A stretch of 64,000 nucleotides of DNA from Candidatus Latescibacterota bacterium (GTDB lineage Bacteria > Latescibacterota > CBDEFO01), in NCBI GenBank assembly GCA_965248755.1, contig OZ252149.1:4320001-4384000 (forward strand). Reading direction: 5' to 3'. A model generated the notes under the pieces. It did no database searches and was not told the origin of the DNA. It worked only from the letters and a program-made list of their open reading frames with translations. Position 1 is the first letter of the stretch; each line of letters opens with the position of its first letter. Position numbers and translations under genes: made by a program. Positions 30,896 through 40,805 of the stretch are shown here, piece after piece.

Positions 30896-31030
30896 ACTCT
30901 ATTCTAATTCTCAATAACAGGTGACACTTGGAAAAAAAACTTGACTTTGTCATGCAAATATGCTAATTTTATTCACTTAAAGGTAACTTTAAGATTGGCC
31001 TCAAGATTTACACTACAGTAAGGTTTATCT

Positions 31031-31537
31031 ATGTTGCTTAATCGCTACGTTCTCGTTTTGAATCGAAACTATGAGCCGCTGAGTGTGTGCAGCGTGCGCA
31101 GAGCTATACTCCTCATCTTCAGGGGCAAGGCCCATATAGTGGAGGAGCTGGACAGCAAAATCCGAACTGTCCGGGAACATTTCCCTGTCCCAAGCGTGGT
31201 GCGCCTTGAGATATACGTTCGCATTCCTTACAAAAACATTGTCCTCACCAAAAGGAATATTGTCAAAAGGGACAGACACCAGTGTCAATATTGCGGAACC
31301 ACACAAGGTCCTATGACTGTGGATCACGTAATACCGCGCACTCAAGGAGGTAGAAACAGATGGGAAAACCTCGTCTGCGCCTGCATGAGGTGCAATGCTA
31401 AAAAGGGCCGCCAGTCCCCTGAACAGGCGGGTTTAAGCCTTATAAGAGAGCCCAGCTCACCTCATTTCCTTATGTTCATAAAAAACGTTGTTGAAGTCCC
31501 GGATCGAAGATGGAGGCCTTATCTGTTCATGGATTGA
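31031..31537 (+). CDS. HNH endonuclease (McrA-like)
   Basis: VLVLN-YEPL, RD-CQYCG, TVDHVIPR-GG, W-NLVCAC-RCN-KK. Confidence 0.92.
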   Translation: MLLNRYVLVLNRNYEPLSVCSVRRAILLIFRGKAHIVEELDSKIRTVREHFPVPSVVRLEIYVRIPYKNIVLTKRNIVKRDRHQCQYCGTTQGPMTVDHVIPRTQGGRNRWENLVCACMRCNAKKGRQSPEQAGLSLIREPSSPHFLMFIKNVVEVPDRRWRPYLFMD

Positions 31538-31601
31538 TAAGGTGCTCTACAAATATTGGCATGAATCGGCACTGGTTGCTCTATGAAACTCCGGAGAGTA
31601 G

Positions 31602-32585
31602 ATGTCTAAGGGCACGATATTGAGCGGAATGAGACCTACAGGAAGGATCCATCTTGGAAACTACGTAGGAGCCCTCGAAAACTGGGTCAATTTACAGAAA
31701 GATTACAAAAACTACCACATGGTAGCGGACTGGCATGTCCTGACTACTGGGTATGAGGATACGTCAGAGATTGAAAGACAAACCAGGGAGATGGTCATAG
31801 ACTGGATAGCCGCAGGTATTGATCCTGAGAAGAGCCCCATATTTGTCCAGTCTCGGATCAAAGAACACTCAGAACTCCACCTGCTGTTCTCCATGCTCGT
31901 TACGACTGCAAGATTGGAGCGCAACCCCACGATCAAAGAACAGGTCAAGGACCTCAATTTAGAAGACAGGATAAGCTACGGTCTCTTGGGCTATCCGATA
32001 CTCCAAGCCGCTGATATACTTATGTATAAAGCAGATGTCGTTCCTGTGGGAGAGGACCAGGCCCCTCACGTCGAGCTGACAAGGGAGATAGCAAGGCGCT
32101 TTAACTCTCTGTATGGAGAGGTTTTCCCTGAACCGGATTCGCTTTTGACCCCATTTGCAAGGCTCTCTGGAACCGACGGAAAAAGGATGAGCAAATCCGT
32201 CGGCAATACTATATTAATATCCGATTCCTCCGAACAGATAAGCAAGAAAGTCTATTCTACCATAACAGATCCTCAGAAGATATATAAGAATGACCCCGGA
32301 CACCCCGACATCTGCACTGTCTTTACGTATCATAAGAAATTCAACCCGCCCGAGACGGAACAGATAAGAGCCGATTGCACAAGCGGAGCCCTGGGATGCG
32401 TTGACTGCAAGCAGAATCTTTCAAACAAACTTACGATATATTTTGAGCCCATAAGAGAAAAGAGGGCACAGTTAGAGTCCAAATCCGGCTATATTGACGA
32501 CGTCCTTAACTTTGGCGACGAAAGTGCCCGTAAAGTATCTCAGGATACGATGAGACAGGTCCATGAGGCGATGAAGATAGGATAA
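31602..32585 (+). CDS. trpS: Tryptophanyl-tRNA synthetase
   Basis: SGMRPTG-HLGN, YPILQAADIL, VPVGEDQ, RMSKS. Confidence 0.97.
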   Translation: MSKGTILSGMRPTGRIHLGNYVGALENWVNLQKDYKNYHMVADWHVLTTGYEDTSEIERQTREMVIDWIAAGIDPEKSPIFVQSRIKEHSELHLLFSMLVTTARLERNPTIKEQVKDLNLEDRISYGLLGYPILQAADILMYKADVVPVGEDQAPHVELTREIARRFNSLYGEVFPEPDSLLTPFARLSGTDGKRMSKSVGNTILISDSSEQISKKVYSTITDPQKIYKNDPGHPDICTVFTYHKKFNPPETEQIRADCTSGALGCVDCKQNLSNKLTIYFEPIREKRAQLESKSGYIDDVLNFGDESARKVSQDTMRQVHEAMKIG

Positions 32586-32694
32586 AGAACAGTAGACAGT
32601 AGCCCCCGAGTTAGAGTTAAATCGAGGGCAGCCAAGCAATCTCATTTAGACCGTTTTCTTTGTATGCTGTCTACTTTCCAGATAGGATTATGTC

Positions 32695-33459
32695 ATGGCT
32701 TCGGATTCAAGCGCTAATCAGACACAACTGTTCGGCGACTCATACGGCGTAAAATTAGAGGTCTTTGAAGGACCCCTGGATCTGCTTTTATACCTCATCA
32801 AAAGAGAAGAGATCGACATATACGATATCCCCGTTGCTCATATCACCAGACAGTACCTGGAGTACGTCGAACTTATAAAGATGGTTAACATAGAACAGGC
32901 GGGGGATTTCGTCCTTATGGCTGCCACCTTGATGAAGATCAAGTCCCAGATGCTCCTGCCAAGACAACAGGAAGACGAGGAGGAAGAAGAGGACCCCAGA
33001 GAAGAGCTCGTCCGCAGGCTCCTGGATTACCAAAGATACAAAGAGATAGCCGAGTGGATGGACGAAAGGGAAATAGATCAAAAAGATGTCTTCTACCGCA
33101 CGTTCGGACCTGGTATAAAGAGTCAAGAAGAGCCCGAAGAAGGGCCCTTAATAACCGCTACCCTCTTTGATCTCCTCTATGCTTTCAGGGTGGTTCTGGA
33201 GAGCGCTCCAAAAGTTCCTCTTCACAGGGTAAGAGGAAGCGAAGTCCATATAGAAGAGCAGATAGACTTCATTTTGATGATACTGGATAAGAGAAAGAAA
33301 ATCCTCTTTATGGATTTGGTCTCAGGTCAGGGAAGGCTCGCTATGATAGTCACGTTCATAGCTATCCTGGAACTCATCAAGACGCAACGGATAAGTGCAG
33401 TTCAGAATCGGCAATATGAAGATATATGGATACATAAAAAGGAGCAGTCTGATCTCTAA
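32695..33459 (+). CDS. scpA: Segregation/condensation protein A
   Basis: FEGPLDLLL, DIYDIP, IKSQMLLP, TFIAILEL. Confidence 0.95.
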   Translation: MASDSSANQTQLFGDSYGVKLEVFEGPLDLLLYLIKREEIDIYDIPVAHITRQYLEYVELIKMVNIEQAGDFVLMAATLMKIKSQMLLPRQQEDEEEEEDPREELVRRLLDYQRYKEIAEWMDEREIDQKDVFYRTFGPGIKSQEEPEEGPLITATLFDLLYAFRVVLESAPKVPLHRVRGSEVHIEEQIDFILMILDKRKKILFMDLVSGQGRLAMIVTFIAILELIKTQRISAVQNRQYEDIWIHKKEQSDL

Positions 33460-33550
33460 TAATCACGTGAACATGATCGGGACAAAATATAGAGTTCCGA
33501 AATAGTTGACAGCGTACACGAGCAGCGAGGCGCCTGCCTGCTTGCTTAAT

Positions 33551-34165
33551 ATGGACTTCAAAAAGATAAAATCCATAATAGAGTCGGTTGTCTTTTCGTC
33601 AGAAGTCCCGGTCACGCCCGGCAGGTTGTCATCAATTTTGGACGGACTGGACGGAAGGACAATAAGACAGGCTGCAGATGCCCTGAACGGGGAGTACGCA
33701 CAGACCGGTAGAACTTTCACAATCAGGGAAGTGGGAGGAGGCTACCTGATGTCAACGCTGCCTGAGTACGCATCTTGGATCAGAAAATTCCAAAAGGACA
33801 GGATATCGGCTAAGCTTTCGCAAGCTTCACTGGATACATTAGCTATCGTATCCTTCAGACAGCCGATTTCACGTCCACAGATAGAGAGTATAAGAGGAGT
33901 CAACGTAGACGGAGTTATAAAGACTCTCTTAGAGAGGAATCTGATCAGGATAGTCGGACGATCCGATAGGGTCGGCAGACCTCTGCTCTACGGAACTACT
34001 AAGGAGTTTTTGAGATACTTTGGGCTAAAGACCCTTTCTGACCTCCCTAAGCCCAAAGAGCTTGAGGAACTTTTGGGAAAACATGGACAGGAAAACCCAG
34101 GCGACGACCAGGCTGAACAGGTTTCTGGCCAAAGCGGGGATAGCATCCAGGCGCAAGTGCGATGA
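33551..34165 (+). CDS. scpB: Segregation/condensation protein B
   Basis: LS-ASLDTLAI-QPI-R-IESIRGV, GRPLLYGTT-FL-YFGL; start taken at ATG 33551. Confidence 0.95.
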   Translation: MDFKKIKSIIESVVFSSEVPVTPGRLSSILDGLDGRTIRQAADALNGEYAQTGRTFTIREVGGGYLMSTLPEYASWIRKFQKDRISAKLSQASLDTLAIVSFRQPISRPQIESIRGVNVDGVIKTLLERNLIRIVGRSDRVGRPLLYGTTKEFLRYFGLKTLSDLPKPKELEELLGKHGQENPGDDQAEQVSGQSGDSIQAQVR

Positions 34166-34823
34166 GCTCATACGATCCGGAAGAGTTAAGCTCAACGGCA
34201 CAAGAGTCACCAGTCCAGCTGAATATGTAGACCTGTGGAAAGATCGAGTAACCTTTGACGGTAAGGACATAAGCTATAGTGCAGAGCCAATTTACATAGT
34301 GCTGAATAAGGCCCAAGGATATATTACAACTGCGTGGGATACGCACAACAGAAAGACGGTATTTGATCTAATTGATGGCATAGAAGGCAGGATATTCTCC
34401 GTCGGACGCCTCGACCTCGACACAGAGGGAGTTCTACTGCTTACAAATGACGGCCAGCTTGCTTTCAGGCTTATGCACCCAAGATACGAAGTAAGTAAGA
34501 CCTACGAAGCCCTGGTTGAAGGGATACCAGACTCAAAGAGCCTGAAAAGACTATCGTCAGGAGTAGTATTGGACGGAAAAAAGACCTCTCCTGCCGCCGT
34601 CAGGATTAAGAGGAAAGCGGGAGCAGATGCCGTTTTGGAAATTGCGATCCACCAAGGGCAAAAGAGGCAGATAAAGCGGATGTGCCAAAAGATCGGACAT
34701 CCTGTAGTGGAACTGAGAAGGACTAACTTCGGCGGAATATCTGCCGTGGGGCTCGCAAGTGGAAAGTGGCGCCATCTCAAAAGTATTGAAGTGGAAGCGC
34801 TCAAAAGCTCCGTAGGCCTGTAA
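34083..34823 (+). CDS. rluB: rRNA pseudouridine synthase (RluB/RsuA family)
   Basis: S4 domain RLNRFLA-ASRR, VGRLDLDTEG. Confidence 0.88.
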   Translation: MDRKTQATTRLNRFLAKAGIASRRKCDELIRSGRVKLNGTRVTSPAEYVDLWKDRVTFDGKDISYSAEPIYIVLNKAQGYITTAWDTHNRKTVFDLIDGIEGRIFSVGRLDLDTEGVLLLTNDGQLAFRLMHPRYEVSKTYEALVEGIPDSKSLKRLSSGVVLDGKKTSPAAVRIKRKAGADAVLEIAIHQGQKRQIKRMCQKIGHPVVELRRTNFGGISAVGLASGKWRHLKSIEVEALKSSVGL

Positions 34824-35531
34824 TTGGATAGAAAAGCCATTGCAATTGTTATAGATGGTCCTGTCGCCTCTGGAAAGAGTACTACTGCCAGACTCGTCGC
34901 AGAGAGACTCGGCTACCGATGCATCGACAGCGGAGCAATTTACAGAGCCCTTACGCTTAAGGCCCTGCGCCAATGCGTAGATATCCAGGACGAAGCAGCC
35001 ATGGGGCGCTTGGTTTTGAGTACAGAGGTAGATCTGACGCAAAAAGATAGGAAACTGACAGTCCTTTTGGATGGGGAAGACGTGTCCGAACAGATACGCC
35101 TTCCGGAAGTTACAAACAGCGTTGCTCCTGTATCTGAGATGAAGAGCGTAAGAGAGATCATCGTTCAGAGGCAAAGGGAGTTGGGAAAAGATAAAGCGAT
35201 AGTTATGGAAGGCAGGGACACAGGAACAGTTGTCTTCCCCGACGCTGAGCTGAAGATATTCCTGACAGCAGACATAAGAGAGAGGGCCAAGAGGCGACAT
35301 CTTGAACTTAAATCCAAAGGTATACATGTCGCCGTGAATGAGTTAGAAGAGGATATAAGAGAAAGAGATAGAAGAAACGTCCAAAGGAAGTACGGACCTG
35401 AAAGAAGGTCCGAAGACGCCCAATTGTTAGACACTACCGGGCTTACTGTAGATGAACAGGTGGACAGAATAGTTCAGATGGCAGAAGAACTTATACAGAA
35501 TAAAAGCAAAGGAGAGGATACACTCTCTTAG
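34824..35531 (+). CDS. cmk: Cytidylate kinase
   Basis: IDGP-ASGKST, GAIYRA, MEGRD-GTVVFPDA. Confidence 0.95.
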   Translation: MDRKAIAIVIDGPVASGKSTTARLVAERLGYRCIDSGAIYRALTLKALRQCVDIQDEAAMGRLVLSTEVDLTQKDRKLTVLLDGEDVSEQIRLPEVTNSVAPVSEMKSVREIIVQRQRELGKDKAIVMEGRDTGTVVFPDAELKIFLTADIRERAKRRHLELKSKGIHVAVNELEEDIRERDRRNVQRKYGPERRSEDAQLLDTTGLTVDEQVDRIVQMAEELIQNKSKGEDTLS

Positions 35532-35538
35532 CATGTGA

Positions 35539-36186
35539 TTGTTGATTCCCAAAAAAGCTGTGGCATCTAAATTTTACACTATTTCCTGGTGGATAGTACT
35601 AACCCTCTTTAGGATATTTTTGAGACTCAAAGTCGAGGGAAAGGAAAACGTACCGGAAGAAGGAGGTGTGATATTAGCAAGCAATCACGCCTCATATATA
35701 GATCCGCCCGTAGTGGGTGTGAGCACCAAAAGGGAGATGAAGTTCCTCGCCAAAAGAGAGCTTTTCGAACCACCTGTTTTCGGGACTATTATAACTAAGC
35801 TCAATGCTGTTCCGATAAATAGGAGCGGATTCGGCAAGGAACCTTTAGATGTTATGTACAAGGCTTTAGAAGAGGACATGGCCGTTATCGTCTTTCCTGA
35901 AGGTACAAGAAACAAAGGTAGATATTTGGGAAAAGCTAAAGCCGGTCTTGGGATGATAGCCTTACGATCATCCAAGCCCATCGTGCCTGTACATATATCT
36001 GGCACAAGATCTGTATGGCGCTCGTTGATCGGCATCGAAAGAGTCAAAGTCAGCTTCGGTAAACCTATAAACTTGGATGAGATTCCGCTCTCTGGAAACA
36101 GGAAAGATGATTACCGTACTGTTACCCAAGAGGTGATGCGGGAGATCGAAAAGCTGAAAGCATTTCAAGGTAAAGTAAAGCAGTAA
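35539..36186 (+). CDS. plsC: 1-acyl-sn-glycerol-3-phosphate acyltransferase
   Basis: NHASYID, FPEGTR. Confidence 0.9.
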   Translation: MLIPKKAVASKFYTISWWIVLTLFRIFLRLKVEGKENVPEEGGVILASNHASYIDPPVVGVSTKREMKFLAKRELFEPPVFGTIITKLNAVPINRSGFGKEPLDVMYKALEEDMAVIVFPEGTRNKGRYLGKAKAGLGMIALRSSKPIVPVHISGTRSVWRSLIGIERVKVSFGKPINLDEIPLSGNRKDDYRTVTQEVMREIEKLKAFQGKVKQ

Positions 36187-36213
36187 AATCCACGAAAAGG
36201 AGGAGAACAGGCG

Positions 36214-38598
36214 ATGCCTGAAGAGCCAAAATCGGCGCCGGAATCCGGCGAAGAAACCGTAGAGTTATCTACAGAGGAAAACGGAGGTGATGAAAAAGAA
36301 TCTATCGTTCAATCGGAGACGACCTTGGATGCTGACCAGCCCTTACTTTCTCTGGATGAAGGCGAAAAAGAGTACTCCGATGAGGAGTTTGCCAAGATGC
36401 TCGACCTCTATGACAGCACAATGCAGGGCATCAAGGCTGGAGAAGTTGTAAAGGGGAAGATCCTGTCCGTAGGTGAAAACGAGGTGATGGTGGACATAGG
36501 CTTCAAATCTGAAGGAACTATATCTATAGATGAGTTCAAGGACCAAGAATCCATAGAAATCGGCAGCGAAGTTGAGGTCTATCTTGAGGACGTTGAAGAT
36601 AAGGAGGGGCAGGTAGTTCTTTCCAAGCAAAAAGCTGATTTTATGCGCGTCTGGGATATGATCAAAGAGGCGCACGATAGTAATGATACTATCGAAGGCA
36701 CCCTAACAAGACGTATCAAAGGCGGTATCGTTGTAGACCTCTTGGGCGTGGATGCTTTCCTACCCGGCTCACAGATAGACATAAAACAGGTCAGAAACTT
36801 CGACCAGTTCGTGGGCCAGAGCTTCCATCTTAAGATCATCAAGATCAACAAGAACAGGAGGAACATCGTCGTCTCCAGGAGAGCCGTCCTTGAGGAAGAA
36901 AGGGAAAAACTAAGGAGAACTATTATAGAGGATATCCAAGAGGGACAGATAAGAGAAGGGACAGTCAAGAACATCACTGACTTCGGAGTCTTCATAGACC
37001 TTGGGGGAGTGGACGGACTGCTCCATATCACTGACATGTCCTGGGGCAGGGTCAACCATCCATCTGAACTCGTGGCAATCGGAGACGAGATCAGCGTTGT
37101 AATACTCAGCTTCGATGAAGAAAAACAGAGGATATCTCTTGGACTCAAACAGCTTCAACCTCATCCGTGGGACACTATAGAAGAAAGATATCCCGTTAGT
37201 AAAAAGGTGGCAGGAAAAGTGGTCAGCATTACTGACTACGGCGCCTTTATAGAGTTAGAGGAGGGAGTGGAAGGACTTGTGCATATTTCAGAGATGTCCT
37301 GGACGCAGCACATCAGGCATCCTTCAAAAGTAGTCTCTATAGGTGGCGAGGTTGAAGTCGTGGTCCTGCGCGTTGATAAGGATGAGCAAAAGATATCCCT
37401 GGGCATAAAACAGGTCCAGCCTGATCCTTGGCTTACGATCGAGGAGAGCTATCCTTCCGGAACAGTCATCAAAGGCAATGTGCGCAATCTTACCAACTTC
37501 GGTGCCTTTGTAGAGATTGAGGAAGGCATTGATGGGCTCGTTCATGTCTCAGATATGTCCTGGACCAGGAGAGTTCGACATCCGAGTGAGATAATGAAAA
37601 AAGGAGATGACGTGGATGTAGTAATTTTAAGTGTCAATCAAGAAAGACGGAGGATCTCCCTTGGACACAAACAGGTCCTCGAAAACCCATGGCCTCAACT
37701 TGCCGATGAATACGCTCCCGGAACAGAGACCGAAGGTACAGTCTATAAACTCCTCGACAGAGGCATCGTCGTCGAACTTGAGGGAAATGTGGAAGGTTTT
37801 ATACCGACCTCGCAATTGGGCGTACCGAACATTAGGAAGCTCACTGACCACTTCGAGGTAGGAGACAAGATCCCGATGAAGGTCATTGAATTCGATGAAG
37901 CTCAAAAAAAGATCGTCCTGAGCGTCAAAGAATACCTCAGAGACAAAGAACAACAGGAGATCGAAGAGTATAGAGAGAAGTATCAGCCCAAGTCTGTTAC
38001 CATTGAAGAAGTGATAGAAGAAATCCCTGAAGCTTCCAACGCAGAGGACGTAGAGATTGAGACTGCTGCTAAAGATTCGGTTGAGAGAATAGAAGAGGAA
38101 GTTCAGAATGAGGCTCCAGAAGATGAGGGGATGTCCGAAGCAGCACAGGCTGAGGTTGCAGACGAGGCTGATGTGGATGCTGAAGCCTCAGTTGAGGAGG
38201 TAAAGAAGGAAGTTCAGAATGAGGCTCCAGAAGATGAGGGGACGTCCGAAGCAGCAAAGGCTGAGGTTGTAGACGAGGCTGAGGTGGGTGCTGAAGCCTC
38301 AGTTGAGGAGGTAAAGAAGGAAGTTCAGAATGAGGCTCCAGAAGATGAGGGGACGTCCGAGGCAGCACAGGCTGAGGTTGCAGATGAGGCTGAGGTGGAT
38401 GCTGAAGCCTCAGTTGAGGAGGTAAAGAAGGAAGTTCAGAATGAGGCTCCAGAAGATGAGGGGACGTCCGAAGCAGCACAGACTGAGGTTGCAGAGGAGG
38501 CTGAGGTGGATGCTGAAGCCTCAGTTGAGGAGGTAAAGAAGGAAGTTCAGAATGAGGCTCCAGAAGATGAGAAAGACGTCCGAAGCAGCACAGACTGA
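36214..38598 (+). CDS. rpsA: 30S ribosomal protein S1 with acidic tandem-repeat C-terminal extension
   Basis: Six S1 domains (DIGFKSEG, AFLPGSQ, DGLLHITD, EGLVHISE); follows cmk-plsC. Confidence 0.96.
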   Translation: MPEEPKSAPESGEETVELSTEENGGDEKESIVQSETTLDADQPLLSLDEGEKEYSDEEFAKMLDLYDSTMQGIKAGEVVKGKILSVGENEVMVDIGFKSEGTISIDEFKDQESIEIGSEVEVYLEDVEDKEGQVVLSKQKADFMRVWDMIKEAHDSNDTIEGTLTRRIKGGIVVDLLGVDAFLPGSQIDIKQVRNFDQFVGQSFHLKIIKINKNRRNIVVSRRAVLEEEREKLRRTIIEDIQEGQIREGTVKNITDFGVFIDLGGVDGLLHITDMSWGRVNHPSELVAIGDEISVVILSFDEEKQRISLGLKQLQPHPWDTIEERYPVSKKVAGKVVSITDYGAFIELEEGVEGLVHISEMSWTQHIRHPSKVVSIGGEVEVVVLRVDKDEQKISLGIKQVQPDPWLTIEESYPSGTVIKGNVRNLTNFGAFVEIEEGIDGLVHVSDMSWTRRVRHPSEIMKKGDDVDVVILSVNQERRRISLGHKQVLENPWPQLADEYAPGTETEGTVYKLLDRGIVVELEGNVEGFIPTSQLGVPNIRKLTDHFEVGDKIPMKVIEFDEAQKKIVLSVKEYLRDKEQQEIEEYREKYQPKSVTIEEVIEEIPEASNAEDVEIETAAKDSVERIEEEVQNEAPEDEGMSEAAQAEVADEADVDAEASVEEVKKEVQNEAPEDEGTSEAAKAEVVDEAEVGAEASVEEVKKEVQNEAPEDEGTSEAAQAEVADEAEVDAEASVEEVKKEVQNEAPEDEGTSEAAQTEVAEEAEVDAEASVEEVKKEVQNEAPEDEKDVRSSTD

Positions 38599-38612
38599 GG
38601 TTGCAGAGGAGG
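38096..38612 (+). repeat. 111-bp tandem repeat, ~4.6 copies, in the rpsA tail
   Basis: gttcagaatgaggctccagaagatgag begins at 38101, 38212, 38323, 38434, 38545. Confidence 0.95.
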
Positions 38613-38743
38613 GGAAGAGGGCTGTGGAGACGACTTTCAAGAAGGCTGACTAACCGCAAAACAGAAAAGAGTTGGGAATTTGACCCATTAGTTCTTTATT
38701 TTGGGAAATGGTATCTCAATTTAACACTTAGTGAATCGACTGC

Positions 38744-39457
38744 TTAGCGAAAATTCTGTATGGAATCAACGTTCGGATCGGTTGGCAGATCGCGCAAAGG
38801 TCTATTCTCAGAGATAATCAATCCTTTCCCCCTGTAAGCGATATATCTTCCCTTTTCCAAGCGCCTTAAGATTCTCGTTACTGTCTCTCGCGTCGTTCCG
38901 CAAAGGCTCGCAAGCTCTCTGTGAGTAGGCATTTTCTCGATAAAGACCACACCTTTCTCCCCGACCTCAGTTTTGGCACCCAACTCCATCAAGCTCCTTG
39001 AGATTCTCCCCGCGGCATCTAAAAGAGCAAGGGTTTCAATCCGCTCGTCCGCCTTCCGCAACCTCGTAGTCAGTTCCACCAAAAACTTGATTATAATCCC
39101 CGGATTCCTTTGCACCAGATCATAAAGGTCGTCCCTTCTAAGCACGAGAAGTTCCGTATCCTCAGTAATAGCTATCACGTTGGCTGAGCGAGGTTTATTA
39201 TCTAACAGGGCCAATTCTCCGAAGAAGTCTCCTTCGCCGAAGAAATCCAGAAGTACCTCCCTTCCCTGTTTGTCTGTGATGATAACCTTTACCTTGCCCC
39301 TTTTGATGATGAACATCGCATTTCCTACTTGCTTTTCCAGGACTATCGTCTCATTTTTCCGACACTGGCGAGCTACTACTAATGTCAAGAGTCTTTCTAA
39401 CTCATCTTGTGTCAGATCCTGGAAAAGCGGGACCTTTCTTAACAGATCTAATCCCAT
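38744..39457 (-). CDS. Crp/Fnr family transcriptional regulator
   Basis: FFGELALLD-PRSA cNMP-binding motif, ELASLCGTTRETVTR HTH. Confidence 0.92.
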   Translation of the reverse strand: MGLDLLRKVPLFQDLTQDELERLLTLVVARQCRKNETIVLEKQVGNAMFIIKRGKVKVIITDKQGREVLLDFFGEGDFFGELALLDNKPRSANVIAITEDTELLVLRRDDLYDLVQRNPGIIIKFLVELTTRLRKADERIETLALLDAAGRISRSLMELGAKTEVGEKGVVFIEKMPTHRELASLCGTTRETVTRILRRLEKGRYIAYRGKGLIISENRPLRDLPTDPNVDSIQNFR

Positions 39458-39521
39458 CAGGCTGCCCCTTCGTTTTTTATATTCTGCGACGTCAGGACAA
39501 GCGATCTATCCTGCTAGCAAT

Positions 39522-40225
39522 TTAACTCCTGTTATTAGCACAAACACTAAGATTACTCTTGAAAAAGGCCACATCCGAAATACGCCTGTTTAGAAATATC
39601 CCGAGCATCATTCCTGCGGTAGTAAACGGAATAAGGGAGAGATCTTCCTTTAAGGTTTGTGAATTTAGAAATCCCAATTTGATATAGGGCAACATCTTTA
39701 TCAGATTGATTGAAAAATATAGTACCGTCGCTGTCCCAACAAACGCTCTATTTGGCAACCTTTGTGGGAACACGTACATCATGGTAAGAACGCCTCCAAT
39801 GTGAGCTAGAATAGAGAAGAACCCTGTGGCAATTCCCACAACTGTTCCATAGATGTAGCTCGGCTGCCAATGGGCATCTCTGCTTACTAACGTGTTCCTT
39901 GTAACCTGAATCAGCCCAAAGATAAAGGCTATAACACCAATCGATTTTTTAAGATAAAAGTTTGGGACTTCGTTGAGGACCATCCCCGACCAATGTTCCC
40001 GAAATCGCCCCAGGCATGAGGGACTTTATGTTTCCCATTCTCACAATCTCCAGTAGTAGAACAAAGATAGAATATCGGTCAACAAAAGCAGCGGGAGCAT
40101 TATGCCTATCGCCTGCTTGGGTGGCATCACAACAACTAAAAGTGGTGTGGCTAATATTCCCGTCCCCCCACCGAATCCAGCCTTAGTCACACCTATTAGC
40201 AAAGATGCCCCGCATGAGGCGAGAT
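39522..40225 (-). pseudogene. Disrupted TSUP/TauE family permease
   Basis: Upstream part reads LLIGVTKAGFGGG...GIMLPLLLLTDILSLFYYWRL*, then a frameshift into ORF 39522-39983 (AHIGG, NLIKMLPY). Confidence 0.75.
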
Positions 40226-40379
40226 TTTCGTAGCTTATATCTTTTCCTCCCTACCGAAGGATTTTCCGGAGACCATGACGATGGTCCTCTCTATACCCAT
40301 TTTGAAGCTGACGCAGTATGTTCAGAGTATCTGAGCCCTTGTCCTCCTTTTGTCCCTCTTCCGTCCTAAAAGCACATGT

Positions 40380-40640
40380 CCCGCGCTCACCTTGGATGCC
40401 TTAACCTCCTTCAGCTTCATTCGAGGCCGTCTCCAAACTTGCGCTGGCGTACGATGTGAACGGTATCTCCTGATCCACTGGATCAACCCCTAGGTTGGCA
40501 AGAGAGGTACCTCTCTTGCCGCTACGCTCCTTAATCAGTGCCAAGAGGATATGTTCAGTGCCCGATAGCTGTGCCTTAAACGCGGCCTCCGACCGGGCGT
40601 ATTGCATTAAGTTCCTTGCTCCTTCTGCAAAGAATTCCCT
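40380..40640 (-). pseudogene. Clp N-terminal domain remnant
   Basis: GARNLMQYARSEA, GTEHILLALI, IPFT...LETA, then frameshifted AGHVLLG. Confidence 0.6.
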
Positions 40641-40805
40641 CTAGTTAACTGTCGGCACGACGGTTCAAATCTATTCTGTACTCCAGGGTCCCCGCCTCGT
40701 CTCGTAAGTTTTCCGCTGGCACATAGCCGTGTGCGTTCCCCACCAAGTTCTTAGCTTTTCTCAGGTCCCAGGTCTCTTTGCGATTCTTTTTTGAGTAGTA
40801 GGTTC

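Noticed and set aside
31031..31537. HNH gene as a mobile or homing element
   Set aside because: Widespread stand-alone McrA-like type with its own upstream region; no intron, intein or terminal repeats
38069..38659. 196-aa repetitive minus-strand ORF
   Set aside because: Antisense shadow of the rpsA 111-bp repeat
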